64,000 bases of DNA, taken from assembly GCF_963921235.1 (NCBI RefSeq), contig NC_086118.1:15192001-15256000 (forward strand), written 5' to 3'. A program made the translations under genes and the position numbers. The notes beneath the pieces are model-generated. The model made no database searches, had not been told where the DNA came from, and worked only from the letters and a program-made list of their open reading frames with translations. Each line of letters opens with the position of its first letter. The first letter of the stretch is position 1. Shown in pieces: positions 10,841 to 23,527 of this stretch. Origin of the DNA: Mobula hypostoma (taxonomy: Eukaryota).

Positions 10841-12408
10841 CAGGTGTCCCCCACTTTTTGAACATTCGCTTTACGAAACCTCACTGTTACGAAAGACCTA
10901 CATTCGTACCCTGCTTTCGCTTTCAGAAGGTGTTTTCACTGTTATGAAAAAAAAGCAGCGCGCATCCCGAGCAGCCGCTCTCGCCGGATTCGGAACTGCA
11001 ATCTCGCCGGCATTGCTTAAACACATGCCTGTGAGCAGCAGTTTGCATGATGAGTTCTATGGTATCAGAAAAGCCTAAAAGAGCTCGCAAGGGTGTATGT
11101 AAAACTAGACATAATTAAGCGTTTCGATCATGGTGAACGAAGTAAGGACTAAGTGAGTTTGGCTTGTGGAAGCTGACGAACATGATGTTGAAGAGGTTTT
11201 GGCATCCCATGACCAAGATCTGATAGATGAAGAGCTGATGCAATTGGAAGAAAAAAGGATAACAATCGAAACCAAATGCAGTAGCGAACTGAACGTGAAG
11301 CAACTACATGAGATTTTCACTGCAATGATAAAGTACGACATTAATTTTGAAAGGGTACGTAGGTTTAGGGGATATTTGCAAGATGGTTTGAGTCCTTACA
11401 AAGAACTGTGTGATAGAAAAATGTGCGAGGCTCAGCAGTCAAGCAAGCCTTCCACATGAGCCACAGCAGACGACGAACCTCGACCTTCGACATCGATGCG
11501 GGCAGAGATAGAAGATAACCTGCCTGCCCTAATGGAAATAGATGATGATGAGATGACACCCCAGAGTCCCACCACCCCAACCCCCAGGCCACGGACAGAT
11601 ACCAAATCGTGGAGAATGCAGCGGTAGCCGGGAGGCACACAGCACATCTTTAAGAAAAAAGCCGAAATAAACACGCTAATTAATTAGGTGCCGCCCGACA
11701 CGTAATTGTTGGCCCAGATCAGAGGCGACGCAATCGGAAATCGGCACTGATCTGGGCCAACAATCATGTACCAGGCAGCACCTAATTAATTAGCATGTTT
11801 ATTTCGGCTTTTTTCTTAAAGATGTGCTGCGTGCCTCCCGGCTACCGCTGTACCCCTGCATGCTTTGCGGCAATGTATTGCTCGGCGGCCTGGAGGGTGG
11901 GGGCCACCGCTCCACTTCAACCTGCGACGACTCAGCCAAACACACCATCATCAGTGTGCTCGGCACTGAACCAATTCCGCTAAGTGATACTACACTGTAC
12001 ATACATTATTTCTACTTTATATCGGCTGTGTATTTTTATGTGTTATTTGGTATGATTTGGCAGCTTCATAGCTTAAAGGTTACTGGACAGCACTTGCACC
12101 GTGTTTTTGACAACAGCGCTTGCGCGAGATTTTCGCTACGGAGAACAGTGCAGTAATGATTGTGGAAAAGTATTTCTACTTTATATAGGCTGTGTATTTA
12201 TCATACCATTCCTGCTTTTACTATATGTTACTGTTATTTTAGGTTTTATGTGTTATTTGGCATGATTTGGTAGGTTATATTTGCGTCTGCCAATGCTCAC
12301 AAAATTTTCCCACATAAATAAATGGTAATTGCTTCTTCGCTTTACAACATTTCGGCGTATGAACTGTTTCATAGGAACGCTCTACCTTCGGATGGCGGGG
12401 AAAATCCG
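10841..12408 (+). mobile_element. Tigger/pogo-derived non-autonomous element
   Basis: TA-flanked, begins caggtgtcccc. Contains a CENP-B-like N-terminal remnant (DIIKRFDHGERSKD) joined to an acidic C-terminal remnant (DVEEVLASHDQDLIDEELMQLEE). Both ends match 24956-25490. Confidence 0.8.
11619..11850. repeat. Near-perfect 232-bp palindrome (foldback/MITE) inside the Tigger element
   Basis: Arms of ~110 bp are reverse complements. The ORF track gives the same peptide (MFISAFFLKMCCVPPGYRC) on both strands. Confidence 0.9.
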
Positions 12409-13149
12409 TACCAGTATTGTCACAGGTGTGTGTTCAGAACAATAACCCAGGATCTAAGACTGCTTCTGCTCTGATGGTTGCACAGGGATGGATGGAACTA
12501 GTTGTAGGTAGAACCAAAAATCCATCACAACAGTGACTATCGGAATTTAATGATTTTAGCTGTGCTTTGGCTAAAAATACATATATATTAAAATGAACAG
12601 TAGTCTGTGTTGCTAAATTACAGTACAATGACAAATAAAGCAACAAAATGACTTTTCAACTTGAGAGGCTTATCTCTTTTTCTTTGCATTCTCCATATGA
12701 AGATATATTTCCATCTAGTCAAGGAAACACAAATATTGCTTGTGTCAGCTAGTTACAAATTAACTGGCATTACTATTTTGAGGAAGTGTAGAGAAAAACA
12801 ACATTTTGCATCTGTTCTCCATTACAGTGCAGCTGTGGAAGTGTCCAATTCCATTTTTATTACTAAAGTTGCTCTGACAAAGTCCCACACTGCCATTGAC
12901 TTGCTTGCTGATGAGCCCAGAGCTGACCATTTGCCAGATTTATAGGTGCAATTCTATTTCGTGTAGGGAGGAGAGAGAGGAAAAAATGGAACCAAATTAA
13001 ATCCCATTGCAATAGGATTTTATTAATGCTTAATCATATGAACCACCTCCCTATCCCCTTCCACTCTTCCATTTGCAGAACTGTAATCCACACTTGCACT
13101 GTATCTAAGTTCAGCTGTCCTTCCTTAGTGTTTAACTAAATAAACTACC

Positions 13150-13320
13150 AGCATGTCCTTTGTAAATGGGAGGAAACCAGAAAACTCAGCAAAATCCCAT
13201 GAGGTCACAGGGAGAATGTGCAAACTCAACACAGATCAACTACACCTGAAGTCAGGATCAAACCCAGGTCCCTGAATCTCTTAACATAAAAATGCTAACT
13301 GCTGCCTCATCACACCACCT
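13150..13320 (-). mobile_element. HE1/V-SINE-like fragment
   Basis: gggaggaaaccag...cacagggagaatgtgcaaactc...ggatcaaacccagg is the reverse complement of the SINE core and B box. Confidence 0.7.
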
Positions 13321-14119
13321 ATTCATTTTTTGCTGATTTTTTATTTTTATCTTGCATTTTCCAAGATACATAGTTCCTCAAATTTTCATACTATTTGACT
13401 CTTTCTTAATGTTGTTGATGCTAGGACAAGGGAGCATGTTTATTTTGTACCATATGTGCTTCATCTACTTTTGCTGGATATACTAAATGTCCATCACCTC
13501 AAGTAATTCAGTTTAAAAAAGAATAGTCACATGAAATATTGGCAGACATTCTACTACACAGCTCACCCTCATTGCCTGCAATAGGCATAAGGTGGTCTCT
13601 CTGGCCAGACAACCCTGAAGTCCAGCAAAGAAGCCACAGGCAGCAGTATAAACAACAAAATGTGGTAGGAAGCCAGAACAAGCGTTCTTTGGAAGCCTTT
13701 GACTTCTGGCATAATCCTAGCATCATCCTTGTTAGCTTTCAAAGCTATCAGCATTTTTAAATATCACTGAAGTTGATACATCTTTAATAATAAAAATTAG
13801 GAATTAAAATTACTTAAATACAACTAAGTACCTTTGAAATACCTCCGAACTGCTTTTTTTTAAAAAAAAAGCCATAAATGATTATAAAAAAAGGACTTCA
13901 TTCTCTTACCTATCTCCCCATCACCTCTATGGGGATTGCAGATCCTGTGCTTGGACTAATATAGCATCAGATTTAGAAGCAGATCCCTCATCGTATATTG
14001 TATACTGGAGAATCACAGCACATGGAGCTCCTCTGCTGGACTCTATGGGACCAGGGTAGTTTTTGTGTGAGAGTGCTCCAAGGGCAGAATGGAGCTGGAA
14101 ACCAGTGTTATATTGGGAT

Positions 14120-14586
14120 AAGCAACACCCACAACTTGCTGGAGGAACTCATCAGGCCTAGCAGCATCTATGCTGAGAATCTGTGGAATTTCTCTGCCAC
14201 AGGAAACAGTTGAGGCCAGTTCATTGGCTATATTTAAGAGGGAGTTAGATATGGCCCTTGTGGATAAAGGGATCGGGGGTATGGGGGGGGGGGAAGGCTG
14301 GTACAGGGTTCTGAGTTAGATGATCAGCCATGATCATACTGAATGGCGGTGCAGGCTCGAAGGGCCACATGGCCTACTCCTGCACCTATTTTCTATGTTT
14401 CTATGCAAATGAGTAAACAGTCGCCATTTTAGGTCACGACCCTTCTTTAGGACTGATGAAGGGTCTCAGCCCAAAATATCAACTGTTTACTCTTTTCCAT
14501 AAATGCTTCCTGGTCTGCTGAGTTCCTCCAGCATTTTGTGTGTGTTGCTTTGGATTTTCAGTATCTGCAGATTTTCTCACATTTGT
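14120..14586. mobile_element. Head-to-head Penelope pLTR palindrome, interrupted by a CR1 tail
   Basis: The left arm (gctggaggaactc...gcagcatctatg|caaatgagtaaacagtcg...cccttc) and right arm (ctgatgaagggtctc...gagttcctccagcatttt) are inverted copies. Confidence 0.8.
14173..14405 (+). mobile_element. CR1 LINE 3' tail
   Basis: gaatctgtggaatt...atttaagagggagttagat...tggcctactcctgcacctattttctatgtttctatg, with tctatg at both junctions. Confidence 0.85.
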
Positions 14587-14592
14587 TATACT

Positions 14593-15168
14593 GGGAGCGA
14601 GGATGAAGTGTTTGGCGGGAGCAGGAGCAGCACAACGTGCAGGTGCCCAACCTGGTGAGACGAAGGAGGGGCCAGGCCTGGAGTCACCCCATAGTGCCCG
14701 GAACCTCCAAGTGTTGCAAGCTAACCCCTCTAACATGAAGTCCAACAGGAGGTGGATCAAATGGCCTGCAGCTAACATGACTTCACTGTGGAAGCAATTT
14801 GATGAAGATGTTAACCAAATTCTGGAGGCAACAGCAAAGGGAGGGGTTGATAGGAAGCTGTGTAGGGGATTTGCAGCCCATTCCTTAGTTACAGCCTTCA
14901 GCATTTTGGGCATCGAGGGAGAGAGGAAGAGGAGAGCCATCCGCAGTACCACCGATGCGGCAGAGAGGGCCTCAAGATGGCTGCGGCTCAAAAGAGGGGA
15001 GCCATGGAGTCATAAGTAGCTAGCCATCTGGACACAAGCTGGGGTCTGATCAGCCCTGGCTGGGTCACCTGGAGGAGGCTGTATGATGTTGAAAGACCCG
15101 AAACACCCGATGATTCCAGGAACATCACTGAAGATCTGTCCAGAAGCATCAGTGCTATACGTACACAG
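14593..15168 (+). mobile_element. HERO-clade (restriction-like endonuclease) non-LTR retrotransposon, RT-deleted
   Basis: N-terminal-like ARMKCL...IKWPAAN...WKQFDEDV joined in frame to the C-terminal CRGFAAHSL...LGIEG...AAERASRWLRLKR. The 3' end is shared with 31747-32004. Confidence 0.7.
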
Positions 15169-16179
15169 GATTACCATATTGATTTATTAGCTCTTCCCAG
15201 TAAAATCCATGCCAATATTTTGCCTAATCCCACCCCAGATGCTGACTGAACTAGTGCATACTTCTAGGAATTTTTCATGCTGTTATCTTTTGCAACGTCT
15301 TCAGTAATTTCACTGTCCACTTTGTGGACTTTGCCTTTCACGAAATTGGGTTATACTTGTGTTTGTGGCACTTATCCATTGTGCAATTGATCAAGCATGT
15401 TTTTTGAGTTCTACAAAAAAAAAATCAAAAATAAAACTGATTCCAAACCACACATTCTTCTAGTTTGGAAGTATATCACCATTCATTTACTCTTGATGCT
15501 CTGAATCCTGGAATTCTCTCACCAATATTGCAATGGAAGAACTTTCAACAGAAAACTGTAATTGTTCTTGAAGATCCCGTAGTACCAGCTTCTCACTGGC
15601 AATTAGGGGTAGGGAGTACATGTTGGGTTTGACAGCAAAGCACAGATTCCCAAGATGAATGAATTCATAACATAAACCTTGGGAAGCTAATTCATAATAT
15701 TTTTCTGTTTAAGGAACATTTCCAAACAGTACCGTTGGAACATACTTGACTGAGTTCATAATCTTCAAAGAAACACAAATAGCATCTTTTAAACACAGCT
15801 GGAACTTCATGTTTGTTCTATAGATGACCCTATTATCTTTCTCAATGTTGAATTTGTCACTATATTTTTCTAAGCTGTACTATTTTGTGGCCTGCCTTCA
15901 GTATTGTTAACGGACTTTGGCTTGAATGGAAATCTTTTCTTCTGCTGACTATAATGATCTCAGTATACAATAGAGCACAGTACAAAAATGACCACTACAA
16001 CAGCTTACTACACATATAGCATCACTCATGCGGCAAGCCGACGTTTTGAAGGAAGAAAAAGGAGATAAAATTTAGAGAGGGCGTTCATTCCAGAGCTTTT
16101 GACTGTGACTGCTGAGGCACAGCCATCAGAGAAATAAAGATATCTTCAAGGTTTGTAAAGCTGGAGATTACAGAGATAC

Positions 16180-16545
16180 AAACTTAAGAATTTGCTGTAC
16201 AGGGGCAGGAGTAAGTCAGTTAACCCATAAAGTCTGTCCTGCTATTCAGTAAGATTATAGATGATCTAATCTTTGCCACAATCCCAATTTCCTAGGGGAG
16301 CTCTCCCCATATTCCTTAACTCTCCTGTAATTTGCACATCTGCCATTCTCTAGCTTAAGTATATCTGATGACTCTGCCTCCACAGCTTCAGGGACTGAGT
16401 ATTCCTAATGTTCATGACTGTCTAAAAGAATTATTTCCCCCTCTTCTCTATCTGAAATGCGTTGTCCTTTATTCTGAATATTCATACTGTACTCCTGAGT
16501 AGCCCCACACCATCCTTCTTAGGAGCGTACATGTTTCAATAAGAC
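16180..16545 (-). mobile_element. Degenerate CR1 3' fragment
   Basis: Weak similarity to other minus-strand CR1 tails in the window (ctctgcctccacagc...cccctcttctctatctgaaat). Confidence 0.5.
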
Positions 16546-16726
16546 CAATAACACTTTGATCACTTTACACTAAAATGGACTTTTTCCCCTTTATAATTTA
16601 ATGCTTACGTTTCATTTTTCTTGTGAATGCTGTTTAATGATATTATGTGCCTTTGATGATGCTGCAGATTTTCATTGAACACTTGCATAAGAAAATAAGC
16701 TTAACTTTGACTTTGCTCGATTGTCA

Positions 16727-16975
16727 AAGCAACACACACAAAATGCTGGAGGAACTCAGCAGGTCAGGCAGCATCTATGGAAACAAATAAATGGTTGACT
16801 TTTTGGGCTGAGACCCTTCTTCAGGACTTTTTCTTTTCAGTCCTGAAAAAGGGTCTTGACACAAAACATCATCTGTTTATGCATTTCCATTGATGCCACT
16901 TGACCTACTGAGTTCTTCCAGCGTTTTGTGTGCGTTGCTTTGGACTTCCAGCATCCACAGAATTTCTTGTGATTT
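16727..16975. mobile_element. Head-to-head Penelope pLTR palindrome
   Basis: aaagcaacacacacaaaatgctggaggaactcagcagg...gacccttcttcaggact, a short spacer, then agtcctgaaaaagggtc...gagttcttccagcgttttgtgtgcgttgcttt. Confidence 0.85.
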
Positions 16976-17994
16976 TGGTCACTTCTCATTGTTTTATACA
17001 CCAATGAATACTGCCCCAGCTTACTCAGCTTCTTGTCATATTTCAAAGTACATTTATTATCAAATAATGTATAAATTATGCAACCTTGAGATTTTGTGAC
17101 AGGTAGCCACAAAGCAAGAGACCCAAAAGAACCCAATTTAAAAATATATAAACACCAACACCCAATACACAAGAGAAAGGGAAGAAAACAACAAATCATG
17201 CAAACAACAGAAGCGGGCAACAATACTCTGAACCAAATTGAGTCGTTAGATCTGAAACCCTAGAGCAGCCTGGAGTAGGCCCAGAGCCAGCCTTGGTAGC
17301 AGCTCATCACATTGGCAGGCATGGAGCACTGCAGCCGGGGCAGTCCTCATTACCTCAGCACCATAGAGAGAGGAGTCCATATAAAAATATCAGTGTAGTA
17401 AATCTTCTCTGCACTGTCTTCTCCTTCCTTAGAGATGGAAGCCAACGCAGTGCTTCAGGTGCTGCCTCGAAACACCTCAAATCTCTTTATTTTGTACTAA
17501 ATACTTGTAGTAATAAATATGAACATTCCATGAGCCTCCCAATTATTTGTTATATCCAGAGGCCACCATTTTGTATTTCATATATCAGGACCCAAGATCC
17601 ATTTGTACAACATTTTGTAGTTTCACAGCTGCTAAATAGTAACTTGCCTTTTCATTTTTTTCCTTTCAAAGTGGATAATCTGGATTTACCCAGATTATAC
17701 CACAAATATGAAGGGGCATTAAAGCAAGTTGCAGCACTGCTTGACTAGCGACTATTACAGGTCAGCAAGCAAAGGACTGATGCCTGAATAACAAATGACA
17801 CAAATTCCAGTTTTGGTTGACTTCAAAGCTAACCAAATTAAAGACTTAATCCAGCTGGAACATTTTCTTCCTCTCCGCTCTTCCATCAGGCAGAAGATAC
17901 AAAAGCCTGAACACCTGTATCACCAAGCGCAAAGACAATTTCTCCCATGTTGTTATAAGACTAATAAATAGTTCCATTGTTGATAAGTTGTTAA

Positions 17995-18668
17995 TAGTTC
18001 CCGATGCGCCCTTCTATATATTGGCGAAACCCGACGCAGACTGGAAGACCGTTTCGCTGAACACCTATGCTCTGTCTGCCAGAGAAAGCAGGATCTCCCA
18101 GTGGCCACACATTTTAATTCCACATCCCATTCCCATTCTGATTTGTCTATCCACAGCCTCCTCTACTGTTAAGATGAAGTCACACTCAGGTTGGAGGAAC
18201 AGCACCTTATATTCCATCTGGGTAGCCTCCAACCAGATGGCATGAACACTGACTTCTCAAACTTCCGCTAATGCCCCACCTCCCCCTCGTACCCCATCTG
18301 TTATTTATTTATTTATATACACACACATTCTTTTTCTCTCTCTCTCCTCTTCCTCCATCTGTCCCTTTCTCCCTTGCCCATCCTCTGGGCTTCCACCCCC
18401 TCCCCCTTTTCTTTCTCCCTAGGCCTCCTGTCCCATGATCCTCTCATATTCCTTTTGCCAATCAACTGTCCAGCTTTTGGCTCCATTCCTCCCCCTCCTG
18501 TCTTCTCCTATCATTCTGGATCTCCCCCTCCCCCTCCCACTTTCAAATCTCTACTAGCTCTTCTTTCAGTTAGTCCTGACGAAGGGTCTTGGCCCGAAAT
18601 GTCGACTGTACTTCTTCCTGGAGATGCTGCCTGGCCTGCTGCGTTCACCAGCAACTTTTTTGTGTGTT
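17995..18668 (+). mobile_element. Penelope-like element 3' fragment (GIY-YIG endonuclease, pyrimidine-rich UTR, pLTR)
   Basis: Translates LYIGETRRRLEDRFAEHL...PVATHFN...RLEEQHLIF.LGSLQPDGMN. Matches 42734-43614 in reverse. Confidence 0.9.
18571..18608 (+). ncRNA. Minimal type I hammerhead ribozyme motif in pLTR
   Basis: tagtc CTGACGA agggtcttggccc GAAA t GTC gactg: stem I agtc/gact, core boxes, stem II ggg/ccc, one CpG-type change in stem III. Confidence 0.7.
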
Positions 18669-19464
18669 GATTGATCTTGCACCTTATTAATTAAATCCTC
18701 TTTACTTTCTCTGTAGCCATTACACTTTATTCTACATTGTTACTACATTAGCTTGCTCTACCTCAAGGCACTATGTAATGAATTGATTTGTTGAACAGTA
18801 TGCAAGCAAACTTTTCACTGTTTCTTGTTGCATGTGACAAAAATAAAACAAAACAAATACCAACAGATCCAGCATGTAGGAAGTTTCCTCAGAATAAATC
18901 TCAGTGGCCACCTATGTCAGTAGTGTAGACTTTCAGAAGAGAAGACATCTAGCTACAAGAAGATGGATAAGATTAGGTGTAGCTGGGTGCAGTCCCATCC
19001 ATCTGAACAAAGGAGAATGCAATGGAGAAGGATGGTTTGGTCAATCATTTCAAAGGCTGCAGAGAGGTTGAGAGTAACAATCAAAGGGTTACTGACTTGA
19101 TCACTGGCTTTAATGACAACTACTACGGTCCCACGAAAGCACAGGAACCTAACCTTTGATTACTGTACATTGCTAACTGGATTTTAAGAGCAGAAAATCA
19201 TTCAACTTTACACAGCACGGATTCTGATCAATTGGTTGAGCATAAACATTAAACAAAGACTGAATAAGCTTCAAGGCACTGAGCAATCAGTGGCAAGCAT
19301 CAAAGCAATTATCACGCGTACCTTGGGTTGCATAAATTAGATTTATAAATATAATTCAGGTGGCTAGAATTCAATGACCTAAAAATTACTTCACACAACT
19401 CTAAAAAGTCCTGTGCAGTTGAAAACTGATTTCACCCAACTTGCAATAAGTCAAAACCATAATG

Positions 19465-20005
19465 TGTTCAAAGTAAATTTATTATCAAAGTACACATGTC
19501 ACCATATACAACACTGAGATTCATTTTATTGCATACTCAATAAATCCATAATTGAATACCAGTAACAGAATCAATGAAAGACCATGTGTCTTTTGTTCAA
19601 CAGTGTGCAAAAGTCAACAGACTGTGCAAATACAAAAAGAAAGAAATAATAACTGAATAAATAAACAAACAAACAAGCAATAAATATTGAGAACATGGGA
19701 TGAAGAGTCCTTGAAAGTGAGTCCGTGGGTTGTAGGAACATTTCAGTGGTGGGGCAGATGAACTTAAGTGACAATATCTCCTTTGGCTTAAGAGCCTGAT
19801 GGTTGAGGGTAATAACTGTTCCTGAACCTGGTGATGTGAGTCCTGAGGCTCCTGTTCCTTCTTCCTATTGGCAGCAGTGAGAAGAGAGCATGGCCTGGGT
19901 GGTGGAGATCCTTGATGATTTCCTGCAATAGTGCTCCACTGTAGGTGTGCTAAACGGTGGGGAGGGCTTTACCCGTAATGGACTGGGCCGTATCCACTGC
20001 CTTTG
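19465..20005 (-). mobile_element. Rex1/Babar LINE 3' fragment
   Basis: Begins ttcaaagtaaatttattatcaaagtac (reverse complement of the tail) and is homologous to 21770-22285. Confidence 0.85.
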
Positions 20006-21769
20006 TGATGAAAGAGTCCTATTCAGCATCTTACAAAGAAACCCAGCAACAGTGTACTGAGACTTTGCAAAGGGCTCAGGCTGTTTATAGTATATCAAAG
20101 AAAAACGGAGGTAGGAAGACACATGTTGATACTTTAACATTTTGATACTTGGTAAAGCAACTTCTAACTCACTCCATCCTCCAGAGATGGGGCCCATCAC
20201 TTGGAAATTCAAAACAATCTGAGGTCCAAGATGATGATTGTTATTGAATTCATCTTACACTCATTAAGGCCATTATTCTGAGCGTAACACCAGTGCAGAG
20301 TGCACTTAATGAAATCAGTCAGGTCCAGGACTGTGTCTGGATCTAAGGCAATGAATTTCAGGCTTTGTAATTGGGGTGTTGATGCAATTGTGTGCTAATA
20401 GTGAACAGTGCTACTGCTTCTGTCCATTGGGCTAGTGGTGTGCAGGTCTGGGTGAGAGACATTACTTTCAGGAGGGGATGGAGGATAGACCATGGGGTGA
20501 GATACAGAAGACGTATAGGAGATCTGTAATTAAATTAAACTGCACCACCTCTCACCCTCAACTAACTCCTCCACCATGGTTCAACAAGTGACCCAAATCA
20601 GCTTCCCAATAAAGGGCTCGGAATTGCTCAGGAACATTCCGCTCAAGTCACACAGAAATAATTTGCACAGCCACTGTGAATACTTGCTTCCACAGGAGAA
20701 AGATCACTCAAACAGGGAAATACCCAAACTGGCACTTAATAATGCATTATACGTCCCATGACCTGACTGCTTTAGTTCACACAGGAACATGGAGCAAAAA
20801 TCAAGGACTTTACTAATCATTCCACAGTTCCCCAATTTTACTTCACACTAAATCGTTCTTTGAATTTGGAGACTAAGGCAGTGTTATGCAATCTAATTTC
20901 TGGCAACTATACTTGTTTGCTTGGCAATAAACTTTTGCAAATTAAAATTAAGATGTTTCCAGATTTAAAAGTTTATTTAGTACTATGGAATCAAAAGACC
21001 CATGAATACAGGGATTTGTTTTCTTTCATACAACTTCATAAGACTCGTAAATATTTCACTAAAAGCATTTCAATCTAAAGATTAAACAGAATGTGAAATA
21101 CATTTATTACCTTTTTAATTTCAGATGACAGCTCAACTGAGAATGGCTTTTTCAAACGTTCTGCTGTGCTGAAACAGAGTGAAGGACAGGACTGCTAATA
21201 CTAATACCTGGTCAGAATTAACCACTTGTGAAACTACAGGTAAAATGAAAGCATGATTACAACAAATACACAGGCATTCTTTGGATAAATTTACTCATAT
21301 ATGAGGTAGTGTTCTATCCAGTTAAAATATTTTCACTTCTGAATTTTTTTGGGGTGAGGTGTTCTCCATTTCTGAGTTTGAGTTATATTTTGTTCAATTG
21401 TGTAAAACCACAGCTGCAGGGCACATGCATTGCAGAACACAGAAATGAAAGTACTGGAGTTACTGTTGATTAGGCTTGCAAGGTTCCTATTCCAAAGAGC
21501 AGTACAATTAGCACTTTGTTAATAAAAACCTCTAAAGCTCTGCTGTAGTTCATACAAAGAAATTTTAGAAAGAGGAAAACACTCTGCCCAATATATTTGA
21601 AGTGATTTGGTCAAAGTCATTGTGAGTACATTGACCAATGATTATCATTGCATTTGTACGGTTATACCATTGGCTTCAAATCAATTGATATCCATTAATG
21701 CTCTGTGTATAAATGGCTTTGTTTTTACCCATACCCTCCTAACTATTAAATTATTTAAGTACTTTGTCA

Positions 21770-22285
21770 AAAGCTTACAAAAAGTAGAGGATGCAGCCCA
21801 TTCCCTCACAGGCAAAGCCCTCCTCACCACTGAGTATATCTACATGAGCACTGTCCCAGGAAAGCAGCATCCATCATCGAGGACTCCTACCATCCAGACC
21901 ATGCTCTCTTCTTGCTGCTGCCATTCGGAATACAGGAACCTCAGGACCCACACCACCAGGTTCAGGAACAGTTATTACCCTTCAACCACAAGATGTTTGA
22001 ACCAGAGGGTATAACTTCACTCACTCTAAAACTAAACTGTTCCCACAAACTATGGACTCACTTTCAAGGACTCTTCATCTCATAATCTTGATATTAACTG
22101 CTTATGTATTTATGACTGTTATTATTTTTCTTGTACTTGCATACTGGTTGTTTGTTTGTCTTGTTATGAGCGGTCTTTCATCGATTCTATTATATTTCTT
22201 TGTCTTTACTGTGAATGCCCACAAGAAAATAAATCTCAGGGTGACATGTATGTACTATGATAACAAATTTACTTTGAACTTTGAA
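21770..22285 (+). mobile_element. Rex1/Babar LINE 3' fragment
   Basis: LQKVEDAAHSLTGKAL...YRNLRTHTTRFRNSYYPST, with tail aaatttactttgaactttgaa. Confidence 0.85.
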
Positions 22286-23134
22286 TGATTTGTCAGTCCT
22301 TATAATATCTGCAACAATCCCCTTAAATAATGTGGAAAATAACCAGGTCACTTTGACATCCTCTGCTCTCCCACGAGGAAAAGACAGAGCAGGATTTCAG
22401 TAGCTACATTTACACTACAGTCACAGGGAGCTTAGATTAGAGGAAATCATGTGTCTGTGGGAGGAGATGTAGCTCGGATGAAAGAAACCTTCAAGATGTT
22501 AATTGGAAGAGCAGTGCTGAAGAAGGATTTATTAAAAATGTACGGAGATAGATCATATCATGAGCTACAGTAAAGCAGTGGGAGCAGTTGCCAACTTGTT
22601 TTATGTAACTTTCATTAACAACAATGAAAATAAAATACCATCATAAGATGCAAAACAACAGTCTAAAGTTTCAAAATGTTTGGTAATTACCCCTTCCCCA
22701 CCCCAAGTTTTGGGTTTGTGTTGTAAATCATTTAAAAGCTTGACTGGGAAGTACAGCAGCAATCTGAAAATTGATTTGTTCCCTCCAGGGTAGAAGAGGG
22801 GTCCAACTATTTTTCTGATATACTGTATATCTTGCCAGTCTAAAAATATGACCAAGCATTTACATCCGCCACACACATGACAACGACATTCCCCAGTTAA
22901 AACACCTCTTGAAGTATTGCAGAGGAAAATGGACCTCTTGGGAGCATCACTAGATATGCACTGCACCATGAATGGTGGGGCACCCCGCTGAGGTACACAC
23001 CATAATTATATTCCTCAGGCCATTCTTCCACATGGCACTGACCCACCCTCTACCTCCTGATCTCCTGCCCCTCAAACCTCTTGGTCTCTTCATAACCCAT
23101 CCTACCAGCACACTTCAACCAACCAATCCCTTTA

Positions 23135-23278
23135 GAGAAGTCCTAAAGAGTCCTGAAGAAGGGTCCTGGCCCAAAACGTTGACTGTTGACTCTTTTCCAC
23201 AGATACTGCCTGACCTGCTGAGTTCCTCCTGTGTGTTGCTTTGGATTTCCAGCATCTGCAGACTTTCTTGTGATTGTG
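23135..23278 (+). mobile_element. Minimal Penelope pLTR insertion with 10-bp TSD
   Basis: aatcccttta at 23125-23134 and 23279-23288. Contains a decayed hammerhead motif (agtcctgaagaagggtcctggcccaaaacgttgact). Confidence 0.8.
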
Positions 23279-23527
23279 AATCCCTTTACCCTGCTCAGAT
23301 GGTCACCACTCCTCTCTCACACCTCCCAGAACTGACAAATCTCAACTCACCAACCATCCAAACGATCAACGTCAACTACCTGCTGAGACACAAATCTTCC
23401 GCACAGAGTCATCTACCATCCTTCCAACCACTTACCAAATTGCTGTTTCCCCAGTCTCAAAGTTTCTGCATTTTCACGCGCACGCGCGTGAGCGTGTGTG
23501 AACATTTTATAAACTTCTTTATATAAT

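Noticed and set aside
14584..15160. Apparent TSD tgttatac/tgctatac around the HERO fragment
   Set aside because: The second HERO copy shows the element continues to gtacacag, so the right-hand match lies inside the element.
23474..23500. cacgcgcacgcgcgtgagcgtgtgtg CpG-rich alternating tract
   Set aside because: Most likely a decayed (CA/CG/TG) microsatellite and too short to interpret.
22972..23526. 184-aa ORF
   Set aside because: It runs through a pLTR insertion and C-rich low-complexity sequence, so it is likely a chance frame.
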